A stretch of 64,000 nucleotides of DNA from the human T2T-CHM13v2.0 reference genome, Homo sapiens. Location of the stretch: NCBI RefSeq assembly GCF_009914755.1, contig NC_060943.1, one strand, 5' to 3'. Position numbers and translations under genes: made by a program. The notes under the pieces were generated by a model. That model was given only the letters and a program-made list of their open reading frames with translations. It did no database searches and had not been told where the DNA came from. Below, in pieces: positions 24,715-43,838 of this stretch. The stretch's first letter is position 1, and each line of letters begins with the position of its first letter.

Positions 24715-24934
24715 ATGGCAGCGGCGGCGGCGGCGGTGGGGCCGGGCGCGGGCGGCGCGGGGTCGGCGGTCCCGGGCGGCGCGGGGCCCTGCGCTACCGT
24801 GTCGGTGTTCCCCGGCGCCCGCCTCCTCACCATCGGCGACGCGAACGGCGAGATCCAGCGGCACGCGGAGCAGCAGGCGCTGCGCCTCGAGGTGCGCGCC
24901 GGCCCGGACTCGGCGGGCATCGCCCTCTACAGCC
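24715..24934 (+). CDS. CARM1: CARM1 (PRMT4) exon 1 coding part (MAAAAAAVGPGAG...IALYS-H)
   Basis: Strong Kozak aagATGg; recognisable CARM1 N-terminus; C|gtgagt donor; 220 nt. Confidence 0.97.
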
Positions 24935-26334
24935 GTGAGTACGGGGCCCCGGGGCAGGCGCAGGGCCGGGGCTGCTCACGAGGCCGGCCCGGGGCGGGGG
25001 CCGGCGGGGAGGGGCCCTGAGCGCGGGGGCCTGGCGTGGGGTCCCCGGGACTGAGCCGGTGGCCTGCAGGGAGCGACCGTGGAGGGCCGGTGCCAGGGGA
25101 CAGACAGAGAAAAGAGGGCGTGCGTGGTGGCCGGAGGGGCAAGGTGCCCAGAGTGAGCAAGGGAGCGCGAAATGGGGAGTGAAGGGCCTGAGATTTGGGA
25201 GGGGTGGGTGAGCAGGAAGTGGGGGGCTCTGAGTGGAAGGGGAATTTGGAGGACGCCAGGCGTGGTGGGCTTAAGCGTGGGGGAGGGAGGTCCGGGGTGC
25301 GGGAGAGGTGGGCGTCTCGGGGGCGGGCGTGGCCGCCTCTGCAGGGAGGAGGGTGGGGCGTGGGCGGCCCGGGATCCCTCTGGGGACCCCCTGGATAGCT
25401 CAGGACGGTTGGAAAGTGTTTGCTGGTCTGGGGCGCCCGCGAGTACCGAGTTCCACCGCTGTGCGAGGTGTGGCGTTCAGGACCCCCGAATGGGAAACTT
25501 CAGGATCTGGGGAGAGGGCCCATGCGGGGACGGTGGGAGCCGCAGGGTGAGCTCCTCGTGGAAACGTGGACGGGACGGGCCCCTTCCTGATGCCGGGCTT
25601 CGAAGTAAGAGCTAACAGCCTCCTCCCATCTTCTTTTGGGGGATGTGAGAAGCTGGTTACATTTTCCGAAGCTGCTTTCAAAACTGACATTTCACTGGGG
25701 GGAAAAGAAAATCACAAATGCGTTTGCCAGCACCCCCCACCCCCGCTCCCAGTCTTTGTAGTTCATTCTTCTTCTTGTTACTCCTTCTTATCTCTTCTCT
25801 TTGATTCCTTGTTCACATTTTGCTACTCTGTGTCATTTGGCTTTGTCTTTCAGGGCTTCTTGCACTGATGCCCTGGGGAACCCCTCAGGAGGCCTCTAGC
25901 TAGCTTGGGTCCTGTGTGAATTTTTTGCCACTTTGGAAACGGCCCGATTAAAGGAAAGCCCGAGGAGCAGTCCGTTCACACTGGGTTTTCCCTGCACCTC
26001 GACTTTGAAAACGTGGACTAAAGGAGTTGTGTCTGCTGTCCGAGGGTGCCGTCTCTTTTTGCTGGTGCAGAGCCTGGGTCTTCTTGGACCAGATGAGAGG
26101 GGAAGGAGGGTATTTCAGCGGGGGTTTCAGAGTTCAAGGCAGACACTCAGCTCAACAGAACCCCAGATCATAAGCAAAACCTATTCACTGGGCAAGCATT
26201 GGTAGCCAACTTTGTCCTGAACAGAACAAAGCGGGGCAGCGTTTCCAAAACTAGGGTCCCAGGGCTTATCCTCAAAGGAGTTCCAGGAGAGTTGGCTATC
26301 ATTTTTAAGTAAACCTTTAAAAAATTTTTTTAGG

Positions 26335-29398
<3,064 letters not shown>

Positions 29399-30374
29399 TA
29401 GCTTTTCTAGGAGGAGCCCCCTATGCTCCAGGGCTGCCCCGCTGTCTTGGCTCACCGGCCATGGGAGGGAGTCCTGGGCCATGATCTGTACCTAACATAG
29501 GAGGCCCAGGAGAGGCACGTGGGGAGGACTTCCAGCCCTGTTCCTTGACGTCTGCACCCTCCAGGGGAAGGATGACAGCTGCAGAAGGGCCTGTCTCTGT
29601 CACTCTGTAGTGAACAGTTACTTCTTGCCATCTGAAGTCACCCTGGCCTACGTCCATGAGATTGGCCAAATGGCAACTACCAACACCAGGCCATTTTCCC
29701 TGTGCAGAGGGGGAGGCCCTTTGGCGTGGGCTTCCTGGGCTTGAGGAAGCTTTGGCATGGCCTCTGGAGTTCCTGGGCATAGGCTGCCCTCCCTTGGAAA
29801 GGAGGCAGTTTCTCAGGGAGGGGTGCCGGGAAAGAGAACAGAACAAACTCTCACTTCCCCAGCCCTGTGGCGCTCTTTCTGGAAATGACTGTGTCACTTT
29901 TCTTTCTTGGTCAGCACGAGTCAGTGTGGCCAGTGCTTTAGACTCTCCCATCCCCTTGGCTCAGAAGCTTACACAGCAGCATGGGCTCCGTCAGGGGCTA
30001 AACTTCAGTTTGTGAGGGGCATGCCATGGGGTGGAAAGTTCAGAGAAAAACCCTTTGTCCAAAGAAGGTGAAGAATGGCCTGCTGTCACCGAACCAGGGG
30101 CCCTTGTGACTTCCTTTGGTTACACTCCTGGGATCCCCCTGACAGCTGGGGCAGGGGTATAGAAGAGCTTGTTATGTGCCCCATCTTTAGGACATCTCGG
30201 TGTCAAGCTGGAGTGACAACAGGGAAAGTTAGTAACCCCAGAAAGGCATTTGTGTTTCAGCGGTGCCTGCGTGTGGCTAATGGATACCGTCATTTATTGA
30301 GCATTTATCCCGTACCAGACTGTGCATAAACTTGTGTTGACTCAAAATGCTTGACCTTGGGGGCAGCTAGGGAA

Positions 30375-31336
<962 letters not shown>

Positions 31337-31669
31337 ATAAATGAATGAGGCAGGCAGGAGTTGGGGTCTGTGGGGAGTTTGGCCCCAGCCAAAAGAGAAA
31401 CCAAAAAATCCTCAGGCCGAATAGAGCATACTTCTGAATTGTGTGAGCCCCTTGTGCCAATTGTGGCGCTTACTGTATGTTACCACTTACTCTGAAAAGA
31501 GTTCTGTGAGGTCAGAGATACCAACCCCAATTTACTGGTGGAAAAACAGAAATGAAAGAACTTGACTGGCCAAAGTGATGTGGTTGGCAGGCAGCAGAGA
31601 TGGCTTTGGCATTCTGGGTGACTGGATGCCCACCTTAAATGCATATATAAGTGGTTCAGTGACATTTAT

Positions 31670-32420
<751 letters not shown>

Positions 32421-35400
32421 ACAAAGAGAGAACATACAGGGAGTCACCTTGGCCACAGTGGGTAGGATCTGGACCTGGCCAGAATGTTGGGAAGGACGTT
32501 TCTGGGTTATGGAGAGGTGCTCCAGTGGGCCAGGGCTGGAGACAGCCACCTGGCTTGGAGCACAGGGTCCCCTGTGAGGAGTGGAGGGGCTAAAAGTGGA
32601 AACAGGGCTGGGTTGGAATCGAGGATTTTTTTGGTTTTTTTGGAGATGAATTCTCGCCCTGTCACCCAGGCTGGAGCACAGTGGCTCAATGTCATCTCAC
32701 TGCAACCTCTAGCCTCCCAGGTTCAAGTCATTCTCCTGCATCAGACTCCCAAGTAGCTAGGATTATAAGTGCGTGCAACCACACCCAGATAATTTTTGTA
32801 TTTTTAGTAGATACGGGGGTCTCACCCTTTTGGCCAGGCTGGTCTTGAACTCCTGACCTCAAGTGATCCATCTGCCTTGGCCTCCCAAAGTCCTAGGATT
32901 ACCGGCATGAGTCACCGCACCCAGCCTCAGGTGAAATCTTAATGGAAGGTGTCCAGTGCTGTGAGCAGCTCCTGGTCACCAAGCACTGGCCCTCTGTGTA
33001 GGGGGTCTGGATGAGATGGGTGGGCAAGGCCTTTCAACAGAAGCTGGAGTGTGGTGTGAACTTGCTAATGACTTTGAGATGCCAAGCCTCACACACCTCA
33101 GACCAGGTTGGATTTAGCAGGTGGAGAGGCTCAGGAAGACCTCTGTGGCAGGTGTGTCTCCTTTCTGCGGAAACCTGCTGCTTCTAAGGTCTGCTGGAGA
33201 ACCTGGGAGGTGGTGAGTTTGCAAAGACATCCAGGGAAGCAGCCACTTAAGCGAGGGCAGGATGGAGGGGCCCACCTGGGCCACACCTGGCTGCTTGAGG
33301 TGGCGAGTTGAGGCTGGGAGGGGTTTCCATCAGTTCCATCAGCTCAGAGCTAGGATTTTTTTTTCTTCTTTTTTTGAGACAGGGTCTTGCTGTGTCACCC
33401 AGGCTGGAGTGCAGTGACACGATCATAGCTCATTGCAGCCTTGAACACCCAGGCTCAAGGGATTCTCCCTCCCTCAGCCTCTCTACAGGCTGGGACCACA
33501 GGCGCACATCACCATGCCTGGCTAATTTTTTTTTTTTTTTTTTTTTGTAGAGACAGGGTCTCACTATGTTGCTCAGGCGGATGTGGAACTCCTGGGCTCA
33601 AGCGATTCTCCTACCTTGGCCCCCAAAGTGCTGGGATTACAGGTGTGAGTCATGGCAGCCACGGCTCCAGAGCTCGGGTTCTTAATCTGGTCTGTGGATG
33701 GCCCCTGGGGGCGGTCCCATGAGCCCCTCACAATTGGACACAGTTTTGCAAAGGGGTAAAAGGACAAGAATCGGTAGCTGTGACTGTGGATGAGCCTCTG
33801 AGCTTCACTTTCCCTCCCTGAAAGGGGGTGACAGTGGCACCTCCCTGGAGGTTTTCGTGGAGGGGAGGAAACACATGTAAAATACTTCACCCCAGTTGGG
33901 CACAGAGGCTCATGCCTGTAATCCCAGGTTTTGGGAGGCCGAGGCAGCAGGGCGGTTTGAGTCCAGGAATTTACAACCAGCCCGGGAAACACAGTGAAAC
34001 TGTATCTCTTAAAAAATAATTTAAAAAAATTAGCCGGCATGGTGGCACATGCCTCTAGTCCCAGCTATTCCAGAGGCTGAGGCGGGAGGATTGCTTGAGC
34101 CCAGAAGCTTGAGGCTACATTGAGCCATAATCGTACCACTGCACTCCATCCCGGGAAACAGGGCAAGACCTTGTCTCTAAAAAAAAATGCTTCTTGCTTG
34201 ATGACTTGTGATATATGAAAAGGAAGAAAGAAAAGAAAAGCTTTGCCCTGTGTGCCTGGCCCGAAGTAAGTGCTCCATAAATTGGCCGTGGTGTAGCTGT
34301 GGATTCTCTGCACATTTTTCTGTGCAGAACCTCCCCTGATTTCGGTCAGCTTCTCAGAAGGATCTGTGACTGAAAAAGGGTACCAGTTCCTGGAGGACAG
34401 CACCTGATTGGGGAGTGGAGTCTGCCCTGGCTGGTAAGGGATTGGGGGCTCTCTGCGCAGGGCCAGGACATCTCTCCAGGGACAGGCGAGAAGCTTTGAA
34501 AGGGCAGGAAGGAGAGGGCAGCAAGGTCAGATGCCGTGAGAGGTCAGAGTGAGAGCCAAGGGGCGGTCACTGGATTTCTGAGCAGGAGGTCACAGGTGAC
34601 CTCAGAGAGCAGTCCCCTGGAGGGCTGGGGTGGGGGAGGGGCCAGCCAGATGGCAGGTCTTGGGGGAGGTGACAGTGGAGCTGCAGAGAGAGCAGGGGGG
34701 ACGGTGACCTTTCCCAGCCCACTGAGACCCACTCTTTCATTCATTCAGCCAGAAACAGGCAGCGAAAGTGGACTCGCCGTCTCCATAGTGCGGTAGCTCC
34801 CATCCAGCCAGCTTGAAATGGTCAGCAGAAATTCACCAAGCGTCTGCTGTGCACCAGTTACTGTTTTAGGAGCCCAGGGATGTGGTGACACCCGAGATAA
34901 ACACAAGGTCCCACATTTGCAGGCCTGGGGACATTGTCTGAGGAGCGCTAAATCAGCAATCACTTAAAACAAGCTGAGGGGCTCCAGGATGCTGGGGGAG
35001 GGGCTCTGCTTAGAGGGAGGCTGAGGGCAGAGTCGTACTTGTGGTAAGAGCTCTAGCAGGGGCCAGCTGGCAAGTCCTGATCCACTCCTTAGCATCCCGG
35101 TGACCACTTTGTGCCTCAGTTTCCTTGGCTGTCAGTTGTGGATCTTGACATCGTCTACCCTAGAGGGTTGTTGTGAGTGGCGAGCTGATAGAAGTAAAGT
35201 GCTTAAAATAGCGTCTGGCACTGCAGGAGGGAAGACCTCCTCTGGGAATGAACTTGTGGGCCTGGCATGGCCAAGGGCATGCAGTGGGGGGGATGGGGAG
35301 GCAAGGGACGCCTGTGATGGAGGCTGGGCTCCAGCCATGCTGTGGCCCGCTGTGCTTTCCTGGCGGGGCGATCATGGGCAAATGCCTCAGTGTCCCCGAA

Positions 35401-35573
35401 TCTCAGCTTCCTTATTGGTGGGAGGATTCGGTGAGTGGCTTCCCTGGTGGAAAGTGGCCTTGGCCAGAGTAGACATCTGTGGCTGGACTGTATACAGAGC
35501 CCTGCCCAAGTCGGACACAGCCCCCCAATCTCCAGTGCACTCTGTCTTTTTTTTTTTTTTTTTTTTTTTTTGA

Positions 35574-35693
<120 letters not shown>

Positions 35694-36731
35694 TAGGCAT
35701 GTGACACCATGCCCGGCTAATTTTTGTGTTTTTAGTAGAGACGGGGTTTCACCATGTTAGCCAGGCTGGCCTCGAACTCCTAACCTCAAGTGGATCTGCC
35801 CGCCTTGGTCTCCCAAAGTGCTGGGATTGCAGACATGAGCCACCGTGCCCGACCTCAGTCTTGGGGAGCAGAGAGAAGGCAGACAGAGAACCCCATCTCC
35901 TCTGCTGGGGAAGTGGTCTAGGGAGCACCTTGAAGAGAATGGCAGCTAAGGAGAGGTAGGGGAGAGGCTGGCCTGGCCAGAGAGAGGTGAGCTGCAAAGG
36001 AGGGGGACCCAGGGGCCTGCAGGGTGTCTGTGGTCAGCCCTGCTACTCTCTGCCTTTCCTGGCTGGAATGCTATCCCTGGCCTCCCAGCACTCTCTGGGT
36101 TAGAGGCTGCAGGCGGTCCTGATTAGCACACATGGGAGCCTCACCTTGGGACCTTGTCCAGGGAACCGTGGTTCTCCCTCCAGTTTCCTCCCATTAAATG
36201 GAGGGGGCTTTCGAGGATTGGCCCACACCCAACATAGGTGAATCCTTGGTCTCCTGAGCCTGCTATGTGGCCTGGAAGAGAAGATGTATCCCAAGTTGTC
36301 CAGGTGTGGGGGTAGGTAGGACACAGAGTAGCCCTGGGAATCCTGCCCAAGACCCCCTCGTCCCCAGTGATTGAGGAGGAGTCCCTTTCCCCGGTGTAGT
36401 TTATCTGTCCCAGGGGCCTTCTCCGGCACCCTCTGGATCTGCTTCCTGATCTCACTCTGGGGAACTGCTTGGGGAGCTTCACGTTTCAGTCTCAAGGATC
36501 GCGCAGGGCGGACCCTCAGCAGCCTCCAGATCTGCCCAGAAAGTCCACGGTGCCGGCCCTGCCACTTCTTTGTTTGGCTTAAGAGACAGGGTCTTGCTGT
36601 GTTCCTCAGGCCGGCGTGCAGTGGTGCGATCATAGCTCACTGTTAGCCTTGAAATCCTGGGCTCAAGCAATCCTCCTGCCTTAGCCTCCTGAGTAGCTGG
36701 GACTACAGGTATGCGCCACCACGGCTGGCTA

Positions 36732-37185
<454 letters not shown>

Positions 37186-37669
37186 CTACTAAAAACACAA
37201 AAATTATCCAGGCATGGTGGCGCATGCCTGTAATCCCAGTTACTCTGGAGGCTGAGGCAGGAGAATCTCTTGAACCCAGGAGATGGAGGTTGTGGTGACC
37301 ACAGATCACACAACTGCACTCCAGCCTGGTCAACAAGAGCAAAACTCCGTCTCAAAAAAAAAAAAAAACAAAAAGACATAGAGATGGGCTCTCTAGTATG
37401 TTGTCCAGGCCGGTCTCAAACTCCTGGACATAAGCAGTCCTCCCCTCCTTGGCCTCCCAAAGATCTAGGATTACAGGCCTGAGTCACTGTGCCCAGCCCA
37501 ACCTGCCACTTTGACACTACACAGCTCTGACTTTTGGTTGAAGAATCTGGAGTCCCCAGTTGCCCCCCCTCCCCCTGTGCTTGCCTTTGTTCCCCAAAAA
37601 GCAGTTACATGAAGGAAATGGAGACCAGGCCTAACCCAGGGCTGAAGGAGTTGGGTCTGGAGATTCTAG

Positions 37670-38078
<409 letters not shown>

Positions 38079-38928
38079 TGATGCTTTTGACAATTATGGA
38101 CACCCATGTCACCACCACCCAAAGCCAGACATGGAACTTGTTCCCCTCTGGGTAGGTTTGTTCAGTGGGACAGCCCCTCTTTCCCTGTCTGTTCCTCTCA
38201 TCATTTGTCCCCTGCTGCCAGGCGGGGCATTCTTGTAAACAGGTCCAGACTGGGTTTGGGGGGCTCTGTGCCCCCCCACCCCTGCCAGGAGAACCCCCTT
38301 TTATTCTTCCTTTTTGTCTGTCTCTTTAAAGCGATTCATTAGCCTTGGCAGGCGTGGGTCTGAGCTGTTTTCCTTTATGTCGTTGGCAGGTCTTTCTCCC
38401 GCTAATTGTGTTCTCGGAGCTGGGGTTCATTTTTGCCGGATGTGTTACACATGTGCAAGCGTAGTGGTTTTATGTATAGAAAACCTGCCCAGCGGTGTGG
38501 GCATGGGTGCTACTCCTGGCGAGGACTGCAGAAAGGCCCCTGGCCAATCAGTGCTCTCGTGAAAGAGGGATGCTCTTGTTAACCATCCCGGGCAGGGGGC
38601 ATGTGAATAAATAATCAAAGACTGGGGTGCCTCTTGCAGACTGAGGGAGGGACATTCCAGAGAATTTGCTGCATTCTTCCTTGAACAGGACGGGAAGGCG
38701 AAGATAGGCTGGAGCTTCCAGATTTCCATCCTGTGCCCTTGAGGGACCCTCTGCAGGAGCCTGGCTCTGCCTTTGAGCCCTGGAGCCCCTAGATGCAGGA
38801 TGATGGGATGCCTGGCTCTTACTCCCGCTCACACACTCCAAGTCTCGCTATCAGGACAGCCCCCCACAGGGAGCCACAGCAGCCACAGCTCACTCCCTCA
38901 TTTTTTTTTTTTTTTTTTTTTTTTTTGA

Positions 38929-39045
<117 letters not shown>

Positions 39046-39087
39046 TAATTTTTTTCTTTCTTTCTTTCTTTTTTTTTTTTTTTTTGA

Positions 39088-39246
<159 letters not shown>

Positions 39247-39907
39247 TAGTAGAGACGGGTTTTCTCCATGTTGGTCAGGCTGGTTTCGAACTCCTGACCT
39301 CAGGTGATCCACCCGCCTCAGCCTCCCAGCCTGTAGCTGGGATTACAGGCGTGAGCCACCGTGCCCGGCCTAATTTTTGTATTTCTTGTAGAGACGGGGT
39401 CTCAACCATGTTGCCTAGGATGCTCTCCAACTCCTGGGCTCATGCAGTCCTCCCACCTCGACCACCCAAAGTGCTGGGATTACAGGCGTGAGTCACCATG
39501 CCCCGCCCCCTCCCTCATTTTTATCTTTTATCTTTTTTTTTCTTTTTTAGAGATGGGGGCTGGGTGCGGTGGCTCACGCCTGTAATCCCAGCACTTTGGG
39601 AGGCTGAGGCAGGTGGATCACAAGGTCAGGAGTTCAAGACCAGCCTGGCCAAGATGGTGAAACCCCATCCCTACTAAAAAATACAAAAAAAATTTAGCCG
39701 GGTGCAGTGGCAGGCACCTGTAATCTCAGTTACTCTGGAGGCTGAGGCAGGAGAATCACTTGAACCTGGGCAGCAGGAGTTGCAGCAAGCCGAGGTCGCT
39801 CCACTGCACTCCAGCCTGGATGATAGAATGAGATTCCATCTCAAAAAAAAAAAATGGGGTCTCAATATTTTGCCCACGCTGGTCTCAAACTCCTGGCTTC
39901 AAATGAT

Positions 39908-40027
39908 CCTCTTGCCTCAGCCTCTCAAGTAGCTGGGCCTCCTGCCTCAGCATTCTGAGGAGCTGGGCCTCCTGCCTCGGTGTCCCGAGGAGCTGGGCCT
40001 CCTGCCTCGGTGTCCTGAGGAGCTGGG
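39908..40027. repeat. Alu-derived 30-bp minisatellite, about 4 copies
   Basis: Unit AGCTGGGCCTCCTGCCTCGGTGTCCCGAGG at 39931, 39961 and 39991. Confidence 0.9.
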
Positions 40028-42146
40028 ACTGCAGGGGGGCACCACCATGCCCAGCTCACTCCCTAATTTGTATAAGAGGAAACTGAGGCACTAAAACTTT
40101 GGTGGCAGAGTTGGGATGTGAACCCAGGTTTGGCCCTGATCCGTTCACTTGGCCATCAGCCCTGCAGCCCCTCCTGCCACTTTTCCCACTCTCTGACTCC
40201 TCCACAGGGCAGTGCAAGGCCATGGAGGAAGTGCCTGCCCAAGGCTTACCCCTGCTGCTCCTGGTCCTTGTCCTGTGTCACCGTGTTGGCCATAGCGACC
40301 TCTTCCAGAGCTCGCCAAAGCCAGGGTCCCGTCTCCCCTGGTTCCTGCCGTGTGCCTGATTTCTTTGTGGCATCAGTAGTGTCTGCCCCCTTCGCCTGTG
40401 CCACATCTGGAATCACATCTGGCGAAGCAGCCTGCAGGTCCTGGGGCGGAAGGCGGCCTTCCTAACCCAAACATACTGTTCTCTGAGCCTTGGTGGGGCC
40501 AGAAGGGCTCCTGGAGCGCCCTGGGACCTGGCAGAGGGCCTTCCTGCAGCTTTGTGGCCCAGGACATCCTGTGTCTCTGGCTGATGGTCAAAACCTTTCC
40601 TTATTCTTTATTTTTTTTTAAATGTTTTACTTTTTGTAGAAGCAGGGTCTTGCTTTGTCACCCAGGCTGGTCTCAAACTCGTGGTCCCAAGCCATCTCTC
40701 TGCCTTGGCCTCCCAAAGCACTGGGATTACAGGCATGTGCCAGCATGCTCTGACTCAGACTCTTTCAAGAGGTGCACTAGGCAGGGACTTCAAGTGGGCC
40801 TCAGCCCCAGGGCAGCTTCTCCCTGACCCAACTTCGATTTCCTCCATTGGAGGCTGCCTCCGCTCCAGCCTCTCTGGAGCGCCCCCCTGTACTCCCCTCC
40901 TCTGGGTGAGGCCCTTTTGCCAGCCTGAAGGCAGGCCCCAGCCCAGCTTGCTGCACTGAGCTCTCTGTCCTTGGCAATGAGAGCCAGGGTGTGGAGGGTC
41001 CCAGTCGCTCTGGGAGATGATCCCCCTCAGCAGCCTGGGGTCTTCTTGCCGCTCCATGACACGCCTCATTCAGCCCGACCTTCCAGGCCACTGTGGGTGT
41101 CTCCTCTGCAAAGGGCCTCCTGCTGGCCTAGTCCCCATAGAGAGCTGCAGCCCAGCTCCTGCCATGTGTCACAATGTGACAGACCCTCTTTAGCACCAGG
41201 AAGCAGGCTTGATTGCCTCCTTGTAGTGGTGAGGCTCAGGGGTCAACTAGCCTGGCCTGGCATTGCCCAGGCCCAGAGCACAGGTAGAACCTGGGGTCCC
41301 CTGAGCGTGGCCCCCAGTACCTCCCAGCTGGCTCTCTGGAGGCTGGGATGGAATTTGGCTGTCTTTGGACCAGCTTCTGGGTCCCCAGCTGAGCCACCTG
41401 GAGACTGTCATCGCTCTGTTGCTTGGTTTCCCCTCTTAAAAATAGGACTAAGGTCGACCTGGAGGGTGGTTTGAGCACTAACCGAGGCCCTGCACAGCCA
41501 ACACCTAAGAGTGCTTCCTGGGGCTCCATAAATCACAGCTTCAAAGTCTTGGCCCGCGGGAGAAGAAAGACTGGGCGAGCTGGCCCAGCAGACAGCATGT
41601 GGAGCGAGGGGGCTGGTGCAGGCCGGTTTTGTGGCTTTGCACCGCGCCCCCACCCCCTACCCTCCACAACCCCATGCTTTTCATAATTATCCACTAAGCT
41701 CCCGCGCTTTCTGGGGCTGTGGAACCCCAGCTCACATCTGCTGTCTCTTTTGTAGTGCACAAAGCCCCAGGCGGTGGCAGCTGATTAGCATGGATGCAGG
41801 AGACATTTGCATGTAATAGCTCCCAGTGAAGGGGGTGCCCCGTCTCTTTTTCAGAAAAGCCAAGCTCTTTGTCTTGGCCTTCTATTCTTGGGGTTGCCCT
41901 TCGCACACCCCACAACTGAGCAGACTGTCACCCACAGGTCAGGACTACAGGGGAAGCTGTCGACCCTTGAAGGTGGAGCTTAGGGACCAGACCTTAGAGG
42001 GAGCCCCCTACTGAGTGCCCCCCAGGCCTCTGACTGAAGAAGCTTCACAGTGATTTATGAGGTTTGGGTGTCCTCAGTTCAGGGGGCTTTCTCCAGAGCC
42101 CACCTAGATGGGGCACGCATTGAGTGCTCTGTCTCCTGAGATCTGA

Positions 42147-42662
<516 letters not shown>

Positions 42663-43298
42663 TAATCCTACATTCTTGGGGACTCCTGAAGTAGATTCAA
42701 CACTTTGACTTTGTGAGTTGCCAATGCATTTCCAAGCCCGGATCCAACCGTGGACCCTGGCCTTTTGGGCCAGCAGAAGAGGTGGCTGTTTTTTCTCATG
42801 AAATATTTTTGAAGGAATGAAGACGAATGCAGCCAACACCTGTGCACTTCCCACCCTCATTTTAAGGAAACCTTGCCCATGGAATGAAGCCCCCCATCCA
42901 ATCCCCTCCCCAGGGAACAGCTTTATACTAACTCTGGTGGTCGGCTTTTGGAGGGGCCATAAATGGCCTGAAAAGCTAACCTGTAACCTGTAAAGCTTAA
43001 ACTTTACAGGTGGGATGTAAATGTTGAGGCGGGAGGATCGCCTAAGGCTGGGAGTTTGAGACCAGCGTGGGCAACATAGCAAGACCCCATCTCTACAGAA
43101 AAATAAAAAATTAGCCTTCCATGGTGGTGCATGCAAGCCTGGGGTCCCAGGTACTCAGGTGGCTGAGGCAGGTGGATTGCTTGAGCCCAGGAGTTTGAGA
43201 CCAGCCTGGGCAACATAGGGAGACCCTGTCTCTACAAAAAATATAAAAATTAGGTGGTTTTTTTGTTTTTTGTTTTGTTTGTTTTTTTTTTTTTTTGA

Positions 43299-43838
<540 letters not shown>

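Larger units (their letters stand above)
23830..25600. promoter_or_regulatory. CpG island promoter of CARM1 with many SP/KLF boxes
   Basis: Very high GC and CpG density; repeated GGGGCGGGG and GGGCGTG; YY1-like AAGATGGCAGC over the start codon (24712-24722). Confidence 0.93.

Noticed and set aside
24169-25020. 283-aa ORF taken as the CARM1 N-terminus
   Set aside because: Its start is far into the promoter and it runs past the exon 1 donor; only 24571-24714 is kept as a candidate extension
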